Made by a program: the position numbers and the translations under genes. A stretch of DNA of 63,304 nucleotides from positions 1 through 63,304 of the forward strand of contig DATDEZ010000056.1 in the NCBI GenBank assembly GCA_036522875.1. The letters run 5' to 3'. Source of the DNA: Gemmatimonadales bacterium. Lineage in GTDB: Bacteria > Gemmatimonadota > Gemmatimonadetes > Gemmatimonadales > GWC2-71-9. The notes beneath the pieces were generated by a model. The model was not told where the DNA came from, did no database searches, and worked only from the letters and a program-made list of their open reading frames with translations. Shown here one piece after another: positions 19,349-27,711 of the stretch; position 1 is the stretch's first letter, and each line of letters opens with the position of its first letter.

Positions 19349-20972
19349 TCAGTTCGTCCCGGCCACGTACCAGCCGGCGCTCCCGCTCAAGCAGCTCATC
19401 ATCGCGGAAGGGTCGGACGGCGCGGGCGATCGCATGGAGCTCGACGTGCTGATTGTCGGCGCCGGTCCGGCCGGCCTCGCGTGCGCCATCGAGCTCGCGA
19501 AGCTCGCAAAGGCCGACGGCACCGAGCTGAACATCGCCGTACTCGAAAAGGCCGAGGCGCTCGGCGAGCACTCGCTGTCGGGTGCGGTCGTAAACCCGCG
19601 CGCGTTCCGCGAGCTGTTTCCCGACTTGAAGGACCAGGACTTTCCGTTTCGAGGACCGGTGTCGAAGGAAGCGGTCTACGTCCTGACCGCTGGAGGCAAA
19701 TGGCGGCTGCCGACGCCCCCGTCGATGCGCAATCACGGGAACTACATCGCCTCGCTGTGCGAGATCGTCCGCTGGCTCGGCGGCAAGGCCGAGGAGCTCG
19801 GCGTCAACGTCTTCACCGGATTCCCGGCGGCGCAGCTCTTGGCGCGGGGCGGGGCGGTGGCGGGCGTTCGCACGGCGGCGGCCGGCCTGGACCGCGACGG
19901 TCAAGCGACCGCCGGCGGCACGGCTCCCAACGACCTGGTCGCGAAAGTCACGGCCCTCGCGGAGGGGACGCGCGGCCTCCTCACGCAGGCCTGGTGCCAG
20001 TGGCAGCGCGTGGGATCCGAGAATCCGCAGATCTTCGCGCTCGGCGTGAAGGAGCTGTGGGAGACGAAACAGCCGCTCGACCGCGTGATGCACACGCTCG
20101 GCTGGCCGCTGCCGCGCGACGTGTTCGGCGGCAGCTTCGTCTATCCACTCGAGCCGCATCTCGTCGCGCTCGGACTCGTCGTCGGTCTCGATTATCGTGA
20201 CGCCGGCCTCGACGTGCACGGTCTGGTGCAGCGCTTCAAGCAGCATCCGCTGATCGCGCCGCTGCTCGCGGGGGGTGAAATGGTCGAGTGGGGCGCCAAG
20301 ACCATCCCCGAAGGCGGTTATTACGCGCTGCCGCAGCGCCGCTCGGGCGATGGCGTCGTGCTCCTCGGCGATGCAGCGGGATTCGTCGACGTGCCCTCGC
20401 TCAAAGGGATCCACTACGCCATGCAGTCCGGCATGAGCGCGGCGCGGGCGATCTTCGAGCACGTAAAGCGTGGTGCGGCGCTCAGCGAGTACGACCGCGC
20501 GGTGAATGCGTCGTACATCGCCGCCGATCTCTATCGGACTCGCAACATGCGGCTCGCCTTCCGTGACGGGTTCTATCTCGGCGGTATTCAGGCGGGTTTG
20601 ATGACGCTCACTGGCGGCCGATTTCCGGGCGGCCGGTACCGGATGCACGCGGACGCGGCTGCGGCGCGAAGCATCCCGGCGCACGCGGAGCCGATGACGG
20701 GCGTCAGCAAGGTCGATGCCGTGTTCAAGTCGGGGAACGCGACGCGCGACACGATTCCCAACCACCTGATCGCCAATCCCGACGTGCCGGCCGCCGTGGC
20801 GCGCTTCTACGGGCACATGTGCCCGGCGGGTGTCTACGAAGCGGGGGAACACGGAGGGGGGGGCCTGCGCATCAACGCCCCCAACTGTGTCGACTGCAAG
20901 GCCACCGACGTGCTGGGTCCGCGTTGGACGCCGCGTGAAGGCGGCAGCGGACCTAAGTACAAGCGGATGTAG
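19341..20972 (+). CDS. Electron transfer flavoprotein-quinone oxidoreductase (ETF-QO)
   Basis: ORF 19341..20972. It has the FAD motif DVLIVGAGPAGLACA and GDAAGFVDVPSLKGIHYAMQSG. The C-terminal 4Fe-4S region reads CPAGVYE...NAPNCVDCKATDV...WTPREGGSGPKY. Confidence 0.9.
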   Translation: MDSQFVPATYQPALPLKQLIIAEGSDGAGDRMELDVLIVGAGPAGLACAIELAKLAKADGTELNIAVLEKAEALGEHSLSGAVVNPRAFRELFPDLKDQDFPFRGPVSKEAVYVLTAGGKWRLPTPPSMRNHGNYIASLCEIVRWLGGKAEELGVNVFTGFPAAQLLARGGAVAGVRTAAAGLDRDGQATAGGTAPNDLVAKVTALAEGTRGLLTQAWCQWQRVGSENPQIFALGVKELWETKQPLDRVMHTLGWPLPRDVFGGSFVYPLEPHLVALGLVVGLDYRDAGLDVHGLVQRFKQHPLIAPLLAGGEMVEWGAKTIPEGGYYALPQRRSGDGVVLLGDAAGFVDVPSLKGIHYAMQSGMSAARAIFEHVKRGAALSEYDRAVNASYIAADLYRTRNMRLAFRDGFYLGGIQAGLMTLTGGRFPGGRYRMHADAAAARSIPAHAEPMTGVSKVDAVFKSGNATRDTIPNHLIANPDVPAAVARFYGHMCPAGVYEAGEHGGGGLRINAPNCVDCKATDVLGPRWTPREGGSGPKYKRM

Positions 20973-20973
20973 C

Positions 20974-21768
20974 TTAGGGCTGCGGGCGAGCCGGATCGGT
21001 ATTTCGGAAATACTGGCGCGCCTTCTCCGCCAGCTGCGACATCGACATCGGCAGGTTGCGCGTCACCCACAGCATCGTGCGTTGTCCGCTCGGGAAGCGG
21101 CGCGCGCCGTCCTGACGCGTCACGCCCGCCATCTGCGTGAGCGAAATCCCAAAGATCTCCTTGCTGGCGCGATCGAGGGCGGCGCCGAACTGCTCATCGT
21201 CGGGCGTGCCGAGGATGTCGGAGTGCGTGCGGCCGAGCTCTTCGAGCGGTGTGTTGTACGCCTCTTCGCACTGCGTGTCCATCAGGAATCCGCAGTACAG
21301 CGCGAACTGGTAACTCTCTGCCAGCTGGTTCCAGAGCTCCTCGATGCGGATCGCCGCCTCGGTTCTCCCGGTCCGCCACAAGAGTCCCGCGACGTCGGAG
21401 TAGATGCGCGTGCCGCGCCCGTACGGCTGTATCCGCAGCAGCACGGGGCCGAGCGAGGCGCGGAATCGCGACCAGTCGGGCAAGCCGTCGGCGAGGAACT
21501 CATCGACTATTTTCCCGGCGTCCATGAGGGCGAGCTGGCCCGAGTTGGTCAGCGCCTTCGAGTGCAGCTTGTTGGCGGTCAGGCGATCGAGCAGCTGGTC
21601 GAGGTGCTCGCGCTCGACGATGATGAGGACGCTTTCGCCGCGGCGCAGCCCCGCTTCGAGGAAGTCGAACGCTGATTCGACGAGGCTCCCGGCCTGGCGG
21701 TGGAATTGCGCGAGATGACGCCCGGCGGGCGCCTCGGCCAGCAACGCACGACCGGGGGGCGCTGACAC
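20974..21768 (-). CDS. MEDS-domain protein, paralog 2
   Basis: ORF 20974..21768, starting at GTG. It shows the MEDS-like pattern HLAQFHRQAGSLVESAFDFLEAGLRRGESVLIIV, then a conserved C-terminal extension containing RFPSGQRTMLWV. It aligns end to end with the upstream paralog. Confidence 0.65.
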   Translation of the reverse strand: MSAPPGRALLAEAPAGRHLAQFHRQAGSLVESAFDFLEAGLRRGESVLIIVEREHLDQLLDRLTANKLHSKALTNSGQLALMDAGKIVDEFLADGLPDWSRFRASLGPVLLRIQPYGRGTRIYSDVAGLLWRTGRTEAAIRIEELWNQLAESYQFALYCGFLMDTQCEEAYNTPLEELGRTHSDILGTPDDEQFGAALDRASKEIFGISLTQMAGVTRQDGARRFPSGQRTMLWVTRNLPMSMSQLAEKARQYFRNTDPARPQP

Positions 21769-21771
21769 TTC

Positions 21772-22560
21772 CTACTGCAACGACTCTTCGAAGTAGCGGC
21801 GCGCCCTTTCCAAAATCGCGGCGCTCGCGGACGGAAGATTGCGTTTGACCCAGAGCATCGTGCGCTGCCCGCTGGGAAAGCGCTGCTCGCCGCTGTTGCG
21901 CTGGCGCGCGAAGCCGATCATCTGCGACAGTGGCACCCCGAACATGTCGCGGCTCGCCGAATCGAGCGCGACCCGAAACCGCTCGTCCTCGGCGGTGCCG
22001 ACCATGTCGGTGTGCGTCCGGCCGATCTCCTCGATCGGCCCGGCATAGGCGTGCTCGTGTTGCAGGTCGAGCGAGTAGCAGCAGAACAACGAGAACGGAT
22101 ACAGGCGCTGGAGCTCGTTCCAGTACTCCTCGAGACGAATGGCGGCTTCCGGCTTCCCTTCGTGCCACAACACATCCACCATCTCGCCATACGCCCGAGT
22201 CGTGCCGCGTCCAAACGCCTGTACCCGCTCGAAGACGGCGCTCATCCGGCGGCGAAAATCATCCCAGTCAGGCATGTCGTCGCGCATGAACTTGCGCAAT
22301 GTCAGCTCGGCATCGTGCAGCTCGAGCTGCCCGGACTTCAAGAACGCGCCGGGGTCCACGCCGTCTGTTCGCAGCTGCGTCAAGAACAGGTCGGTGTGCT
22401 CCGGCGTCGCGATGACTACGACGCCGTTGCCGCGCCGCAGGCCCGTCTGCAGGTACAACGCGACGGCATCGGTGAGGGCCTGCGGGTCGCGGTGCAGCTG
22501 AGCGAAGTGCCGATTTGCCGGGGCTTCGATGAGCAGCGTATTGACAAGTGACGCCGTCAT
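21772..22560 (-). CDS. MEDS-domain protein, paralog 1
   Basis: ORF 21772..22560 reads HFAQLHRDPQALTDAVALYLQTGLRRGNGVVVIAT...YGEMVDVLW...EEIGRTHTDMVGT...RFPSGQRTMLWVKRNLP. Its stop lies 3 nt before the paralog-2 start. Confidence 0.65.
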   Translation of the reverse strand: MTASLVNTLLIEAPANRHFAQLHRDPQALTDAVALYLQTGLRRGNGVVVIATPEHTDLFLTQLRTDGVDPGAFLKSGQLELHDAELTLRKFMRDDMPDWDDFRRRMSAVFERVQAFGRGTTRAYGEMVDVLWHEGKPEAAIRLEEYWNELQRLYPFSLFCCYSLDLQHEHAYAGPIEEIGRTHTDMVGTAEDERFRVALDSASRDMFGVPLSQMIGFARQRNSGEQRFPSGQRTMLWVKRNLPSASAAILERARRYFEESLQ

Positions 22561-22675
22561 TTAGCGTGCTTCGAAAAACGTGGGGGCATTCATGCCGGGT
22601 AGACTAGGTCGTACGGGGACCGCCTACAATAATTCTTGAGAGTGACAAACGACGCCCGTAATTCAATCCGAGGGA

Positions 22676-23305
22676 TTAGATCGTCGGGACGGAACCGCCG
22701 AAACTGAGCTTGATGCCGTCCAAAATGAACTGGACGGCGATGGCGGTGAGCACGAGCCCCATCAGCCGCGTCAGAATACGCATCCCCGTCTGGCCCAGGC
22801 GTCGCTCCACCAACGAGGCCGCCGAAAGCACGAAAAAGGTCAAGGCGGCGGTCAGGACGATGGAGCCATACACCGCGACGGTGGCCGCCGTCGACTTGGA
22901 GCCCAGCGCGAGCACCATCACGGTGGAAATCGCGCCCGGACCGGCGAGCATCGGTACGCCGAGCGGCATGATGCCGATGTCTTCCTTCTGAATTCCTTCC
23001 GCCGTTTCGACCGGCGTCTCGCGCTGCTGGCTCCGCCGCGCCTGCACCATGTCGAGCGCGTTCAATCCGATCAGCACGCCGCCCGCGATCTTGAACGCGC
23101 CGATCGTGATGCCGAAGATTTTGAAGATCATGCTGCCGCCGAGCGCGAACGCGATCAGCGTGATGGCGCACGTCCACGCGCCGCGCCGCGCGAGGACGCG
23201 CCGCTGGGCGGGAGAGTCGCGCACCGTCATGGCGAGAAACGTCGGAATCACGGCGAACGGATCGACGATGAAAAAGATCGAGGTGAAGATCAGCAACAGC
23301 TCCAT
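22676..23305 (-). CDS. marC: MarC-family (UPF0056) integral membrane protein
   Basis: C-terminal 209 aa of ORF 22676..24166, with the start at ATG 23305 (MELLLIFTSIFFIVDPFAVIPTFLAMT...). The IVDP and MPLGVPMLAGPGAIST motifs are MarC hallmarks. Confidence 0.85.
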   Translation of the reverse strand: MELLLIFTSIFFIVDPFAVIPTFLAMTVRDSPAQRRVLARRGAWTCAITLIAFALGGSMIFKIFGITIGAFKIAGGVLIGLNALDMVQARRSQQRETPVETAEGIQKEDIGIMPLGVPMLAGPGAISTVMVLALGSKSTAATVAVYGSIVLTAALTFFVLSAASLVERRLGQTGMRILTRLMGLVLTAIAVQFILDGIKLSFGGSVPTI

Positions 23306-23316
23306 CACGCGCTGGT

Positions 23317-24144
23317 TCAAAGCGCGACCTGCACCACGCGATCCTTCCCCATCCGCTTGGCGTCGTACATCGCCTGATCGGCACGGCGCAGCAGGTCGTC
23401 GGTGCTGGCGTCGGTGGCGCTGCACGACACGACGCCGATGCTCGCCGTCACGCTCGGCGTCCCCTTGAAGACGTTGCGCAGTCCCGCGACGAGGCGCTTG
23501 GCCGCCGCATCGGCGAGCTGCGCGTCCGTCTCGGGCAGCAGGACGGCGAATTCGTCGCCGCCCAGGCGTCCGACGACATCTGCCTGACGCACGGAGCCTC
23601 GCATCGCGTCGGCGACGAGGCGCAGCACGGCGTCCCCCGTCTGATGCCCGTGCGTGTCGTTGATGACCTTGAAGTTGTCGAGGTCCATGTAGAGCAACGA
23701 CAGCGGGTGCGGATAGCGCCGGTTGCGGTCCAGCTCCTGGGCGAGCCGGTCGGCAAAGGCACGGGCGTTCAGCACGTTCGTCAGCTGGTCCTGAATGACC
23801 AGCTTCGCGAGCTCCGCCTGGCTGCGGCGCAGCCTCTGGAGCCCCGCCATGGCGACACTGACGACCGCGACGTACGCCAGCGCGTTGGCGATCCGCCACA
23901 CCATCGGCGTGTCCACGGGCATCTGCTGCCAGGCAACCGCCTCGCGCATGACAATGGACGCGAGCCCGACCGCGACGCCCCAGATCACGCCTTCGGTCCA
24001 CGTGATGAGCAGGACCGGAATCACGTACAGGATGCCGAGCCGCGCATCGGGCGGCGTGATGGAGTTCACCCAGTAGACGAACAGGATGAGGAGGGCGTAG
24101 GCCGCGATTCGCAGGGAGCGCCGCAGCGTCGGGGAGGCGAGCAT
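23317..24144 (-). CDS. Membrane-anchored diguanylate cyclase (GGDEF)
   Basis: ORF 23317..24144. About four TM helices are followed by DQLTNVLNARAF...LSLLYMDLDNFKVINDTHGHQTGDAVL...RLGGDEFAVLLPE...ADQAMYDAKRMGKDR. The active-site GGDEF motif is intact. Its ATG shares 1 nt with the moeA stop. Confidence 0.85.
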   Translation of the reverse strand: MLASPTLRRSLRIAAYALLILFVYWVNSITPPDARLGILYVIPVLLITWTEGVIWGVAVGLASIVMREAVAWQQMPVDTPMVWRIANALAYVAVVSVAMAGLQRLRRSQAELAKLVIQDQLTNVLNARAFADRLAQELDRNRRYPHPLSLLYMDLDNFKVINDTHGHQTGDAVLRLVADAMRGSVRQADVVGRLGGDEFAVLLPETDAQLADAAAKRLVAGLRNVFKGTPSVTASIGVVSCSATDASTDDLLRRADQAMYDAKRMGKDRVVQVAL

Positions 24145-25364
24145 CAGTAGGGAGGCTCCGCGACATGCCGGGGATCGTCGAGCAACAACGCGTCGAGCTC
24201 CGTGCCCGCCGGTACGTCAGGCCGGTCGGCGGGAATGATCAGCAGGGCGTTCGCCAGCACCATACTGGTGAGAATGCCAGACCCCTGCGGCCCTGTCAAA
24301 CGGGCCCCGTCTTCCGTGACGATCGCGCGAAGATAATGGCGCAGCTTGGGGCCCAGGGAGATTGGCTCGCGCAGCACGACCGGCACGGTCCGGCGAAACG
24401 CCAGGGCGTGGCCCTCGAGCCGGCGGATTACGGGCCGGACGAACAGCTCGAACGTCACCATCGTGCTGACGGGATTTCCCGGCAGGCCGATCCAGGGCAC
24501 GCCGCCGATGACGCCGAAGCCGACCGGCGCGCCGGGCCGCATCGCGATGCGCCAGAGCTTCATCTCGCCGCCGAGCTCCGCGAGCACGTCGCGCACGAGA
24601 TCGTGCTCGCCGACGCTCACGCCCGCGGTCGTGACCAGGAGGTCGTTGCCCGCCGCGCCGCGCAGATGTTCACGCAAACTCTCTTTGGTATCGCGCGCGA
24701 CGCCGAGGTTCACGGGTTGCGCACCGGCTCGCCGGATCATCGCATCCAGCGTGTAACTGTTCGACGTCGCGATCTTGGTGCCCGCCAGGATTTCGTCTTT
24801 CCGGTCGAGATCGACGATCTCTTCGCCCGAGCCCATGAACGCGACGCGCGGCGTGCGGTGTACGCTCACCGTATCGCGCGCGATCGACGCGAGCACGCCG
24901 AGCGGCGCGGGAGCGAGGGCGGCGCCGGCGCGGAGCACGACGGTGCCTTTCTTGATGTCCTCACCGCGGCGCCGGACGTTCTTGCGAGCGTCGCGCGGGT
25001 TGCGGACCAGCACCCGGCCGTTCCCGGGCTGCTCCGTGTCCTCCTGGCGAATCACGGTGTCCGCGCCCTGGGGCAGCGGCGCGCCGGTGAAGATCCGGGT
25101 CGCCTGATGGGCGCCGATGGGCTTGCTCGGAAACTGACCGGCGGGAATCGTCTCGATGACGGCGAAGTCCGTGGTGCCTGCGTCGAGATCCGCGCTCCGC
25201 AACGCGTAGCCGTCCATCGCCGAGTTGTCCCACGGCGGCAAGTCGATCGGGCTGATGACATCCTCGGCGAGCACCGCGTCGAGCGCGGCCCGCAGCGGCA
25301 CGCGTACCGGTGGAAGCGGCCGCACGTGCTCGAGCATGATCCGCGCCGCTTCGGCGGGCGTCAT
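24144..25364 (-). CDS. moeA: Molybdopterin molybdenumtransferase MoeA
   Basis: ORF 24144..25415, with the start placed at ATG 25364 (ATGA overlap with the mobB stop). Motifs: SPIDLPPWDNSAMDGYALR, IFTGAPLPQGADTVIRQE, VSVGEHDLVRDVL, PGNPVSTMVTFELFVRP. Confidence 0.9.
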   Translation of the reverse strand: MTPAEAARIMLEHVRPLPPVRVPLRAALDAVLAEDVISPIDLPPWDNSAMDGYALRSADLDAGTTDFAVIETIPAGQFPSKPIGAHQATRIFTGAPLPQGADTVIRQEDTEQPGNGRVLVRNPRDARKNVRRRGEDIKKGTVVLRAGAALAPAPLGVLASIARDTVSVHRTPRVAFMGSGEEIVDLDRKDEILAGTKIATSNSYTLDAMIRRAGAQPVNLGVARDTKESLREHLRGAAGNDLLVTTAGVSVGEHDLVRDVLAELGGEMKLWRIAMRPGAPVGFGVIGGVPWIGLPGNPVSTMVTFELFVRPVIRRLEGHALAFRRTVPVVLREPISLGPKLRHYLRAIVTEDGARLTGPQGSGILTSMVLANALLIIPADRPDVPAGTELDALLLDDPRHVAEPPY

Positions 25365-25891
25365 GACAGCACCAGCGCGCGATCCCAGGCGAGACTCGCG
25401 ATCGTCTGGAGCCACGCGGTATCGCTGAAGCGAAACACGGGGAATGGCGCGCGGTAGTCACGGTCGTCCGTCAGCATCGCGACCCACTGCGTGGGCTTGG
25501 GCGTTCCCGGATCGAACAGGGGCTTGGGGCCAGCGACCTTCCGATACACTTCGATCTTCGGGAGGGCGGCGCGCTTGAACCCCTCGACCAGCACGATGTC
25601 GGCACCGTCGAGATAACGGCGCGCGAGCGCGATCGGGTCAGATTCGACCGCGGTATGCTCGAACAGGACGCGTTGTCCGGGCGATTCCATGAGCACGCGC
25701 TCGGCCTTGCCCTCGTGCCAGTGCCGCCACGTGTCCTTGCCCTGTTGATCCATGTCGGGCGTGTGCGTGCCGTGCTTGATCGTCATGACGCGCAGCTTGC
25801 GGCGCACCAGCTCGGCGGCGAGCGTGACGAGAAACGTCGTCTTCCCGGCGTTCTTGAGGCCGATGATGGAGATTATCCGCGTCGCTGCCAG
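25361..25891 (-). CDS. mobB: Molybdopterin-guanine dinucleotide biosynthesis adapter MobB; the start codon is uncertain
   Basis: C-terminal part of ORF 25361..26314. It reads RIISIIGLKNAGKTTFLVTLAAEL (P-loop), MTIKHG and IVLVEGFK. No ATG, GTG or TTG lies near this N-terminus. The best candidate is CTG 25891, 4 nt after a GGAGG at 25900-25896. The alternative is ATA 25876, overlapping the mobA TAA. Confidence 0.7.
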   Translation of the reverse strand: MAATRIISIIGLKNAGKTTFLVTLAAELVRRKLRVMTIKHGTHTPDMDQQGKDTWRHWHEGKAERVLMESPGQRVLFEHTAVESDPIALARRYLDGADIVLVEGFKRAALPKIEVYRKVAGPKPLFDPGTPKPTQWVAMLTDDRDYRAPFPVFRFSDTAWLQTIASLAWDRALVLS

Positions 25892-26481
25892 ATCGCCTCC
25901 GCGCGCGCCAGATCGTCCGGCGTATTCACATTGAAGAACAGCTCGACGGGATCGCCGTACCGCTGCACCTCGGCGAGCGGGAGGATACCGACCCGCACGT
26001 CGGGATGGAAGGCGATGGCCTTCAGGTCTCCCTGGTCGAGCCGGCGCGCGATGGCGGGAGCGCAGGCTGGGCCGTAGATCGCGCAGAGCGGCTCGAGGCC
26101 GCGCCGTCCTTCGCTTTCCGGCAATACCGCATCGCACGAGCCGGTCCGAAACCTTGCCAGCAGCGCCTCGAGCAGCTCGATACGGGCGAACGGCATGTCC
26201 CACGCCAGGCACAGCACCGGCCGTCCCGCGGCCGCCGTCACCGCGGTGAAGATGCCGCCGAGCGTGCCGAGTCCCGGTCGGGTGTCGGGAATGGTGCGGA
26301 GGTCCGGCCGCCACGTTGCGGCGTCGGGCGCGTTCGCGATCAGCAGCGGTGATTGGCCGACGGCGGTGGTCAGGAGCTCGACCACGACGTCGAGGATCCG
26401 GCGGCCGCCTACCTTGTGCAGGCCTTTCGGTTGCCCGCCGTAGCGACGGGCCGCGCCGCCGGCCAGCACCGCGGCGGTCAC
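25873..26481 (-). CDS. mobA: Molybdenum cofactor guanylyltransferase MobA
   Basis: ORF 25873..26481, starting at GTG. Motifs: AAVLAGGAARRYGGQPKGL, LGTLGGIFTA, LAWDMPF, FFNVNTPDDL. Confidence 0.85.
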   Translation of the reverse strand: MTAAVLAGGAARRYGGQPKGLHKVGGRRILDVVVELLTTAVGQSPLLIANAPDAATWRPDLRTIPDTRPGLGTLGGIFTAVTAAAGRPVLCLAWDMPFARIELLEALLARFRTGSCDAVLPESEGRRGLEPLCAIYGPACAPAIARRLDQGDLKAIAFHPDVRVGILPLAEVQRYGDPVELFFNVNTPDDLARAEAIWQRRG

Positions 26482-26482
26482 G

Positions 26483-27289
26483 TCAATAGCGGCGGCCGCG
26501 TTTCTTCTCCAGCACGACGTCGAGCCCGAGCTTCAACGAGAAATGATGATAGAATCGCGAGGCGGTCGGCGGGATGGCGCCGGCGCCGGCCGTCAGGATT
26601 CCGGCTCCCGTTGCGCGGCTCATCGAGACCAGCATGTCACTGGCTTCCCAGCGGAACTGGTAGCCCGGGCTGATGGGGCGCGTGAACCCCACCGACGCGC
26701 CGAACATCGGCTCGGCGTGCCGAGACTTGGGATCCGTGAGCACTTCGCGCACACCGACGGAGCTCGAGGCGACGAACGTGCCCGACATTTCGATCGTGCT
26801 GCGGGTTTCGTTGATGATGCCGACGTTCAGACGGGCGTAGGGGCTGAAGGAGCGGCGCGAGGCGGCGCGAAACGTCGCGCCCACGAACATCGCGACCGAG
26901 CCGCCGTCCGAGCCGGTGCGCTGGATGTCGTCGCAGGTCTGCTGATTCTTGTTGTCGAAATCCGGATTGTAGAACACGCCGGTGCACGACCCGTCGACCG
27001 GCAGTCCGACGTACGAGATCTCGGCGTGGAGCCCGAAGTGCGGGGAGGGGAAGTACGTGGCCGCCAGTCCCGCGATGATGCTCGACGTGATCCCCTGCGA
27101 CACGCGCAGCGTGTCGAACTCCGACGTGCCGAGCACCTGGAGCGGCTGCTTGGCGATCGTCCAGAGATCGTGGCCCGTCCCCGCACCCGCGAAGATGGTG
27201 AGCACGATGCTCGGCTGCTCGCCCGTTTGCGCGGCGAGCGGTGCGGCGACGACGGCGAGCGCGAACAATCCCAACGTGGCATGGCGCAT
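26483..27289 (-). CDS. Predicted outer-membrane beta-barrel protein (uncharacterised)
   Basis: ORF 26483..27325, with the start at ATG 27289 (MRHATLGLFALAVVAAPLAAQ signal). It has alternating amphipathic beta-strand segments and an aromatic C-terminal residue. Its start shares 1 nt with the upstream TAA. Confidence 0.5.
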   Translation of the reverse strand: MRHATLGLFALAVVAAPLAAQTGEQPSIVLTIFAGAGTGHDLWTIAKQPLQVLGTSEFDTLRVSQGITSSIIAGLAATYFPSPHFGLHAEISYVGLPVDGSCTGVFYNPDFDNKNQQTCDDIQRTGSDGGSVAMFVGATFRAASRRSFSPYARLNVGIINETRSTIEMSGTFVASSSVGVREVLTDPKSRHAEPMFGASVGFTRPISPGYQFRWEASDMLVSMSRATGAGILTAGAGAIPPTASRFYHHFSLKLGLDVVLEKKRGRRY

Positions 27290-27711
27290 TAGACCTCGAG
27301 GTGGCGGTGTTCGACGGCGATGCACTGATCCATCACGAACGCGATGCCCGCGGCCCGGGCGCGTTGCTCCGCCGCCGCGTCGACGACGCCCTGCTGCAGC
27401 CAGATCAATTTGGGCCGGTGCGCGAGCGCGATGGCCTCATCGACGACCGGCGCCACGAGCTCACTGCGCCGGAAGATGTCGACGATGTCGATCGTGTGCT
27501 CGCGCGCCGCGTCGGTCAGCGTGGCGTAGCTCTTCGCTCCCAGGATCTCGCCGTGCCCCGGATTGATGGGCACGATTGTGTAGCCCGCATTCTTCAAGTA
27601 CTTCGACACCGAATGACTCGGCCGAATCGGCTTCGGCGAAAGGCCCACGACCGCAATGACGCGTGACGCGCGCAGCAGGTCGCGCAGCTCGTCGTCCGAG
27701 GGCATCGTCAT
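27289..27711 (-). CDS. CoA-binding domain protein (YccU-like)
   Basis: ORF 27289..27825, with the start at ATG 27711 (ATGA overlap with the fdhD stop). It reads RVIAVVGLSPKPIRPSHSVSKYLKNAGYTIVPINP...IDIVDIFRRSE...LWLQQGV. Confidence 0.8.
   Translation of the reverse strand: MTMPSDDELRDLLRASRVIAVVGLSPKPIRPSHSVSKYLKNAGYTIVPINPGHGEILGAKSYATLTDAAREHTIDIVDIFRRSELVAPVVDEAIALAHRPKLIWLQQGVVDAAAEQRARAAGIAFVMDQCIAVEHRHLEV

Noticed and set aside
22561-22675. The AT-richer 115-nt spacer between marC and the first MEDS gene, searched for a promoter or terminator (TTGTCA and TATTGT on the minus strand; a GGCA/TGCC mini-hairpin followed by TTTTT).
   Set aside because: The hexamers are only 11 nt apart, which is the wrong spacing. 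The hairpin has a 4-bp stem. The spacer is probably regulatory, but I cannot define a specific element from sequence alone.
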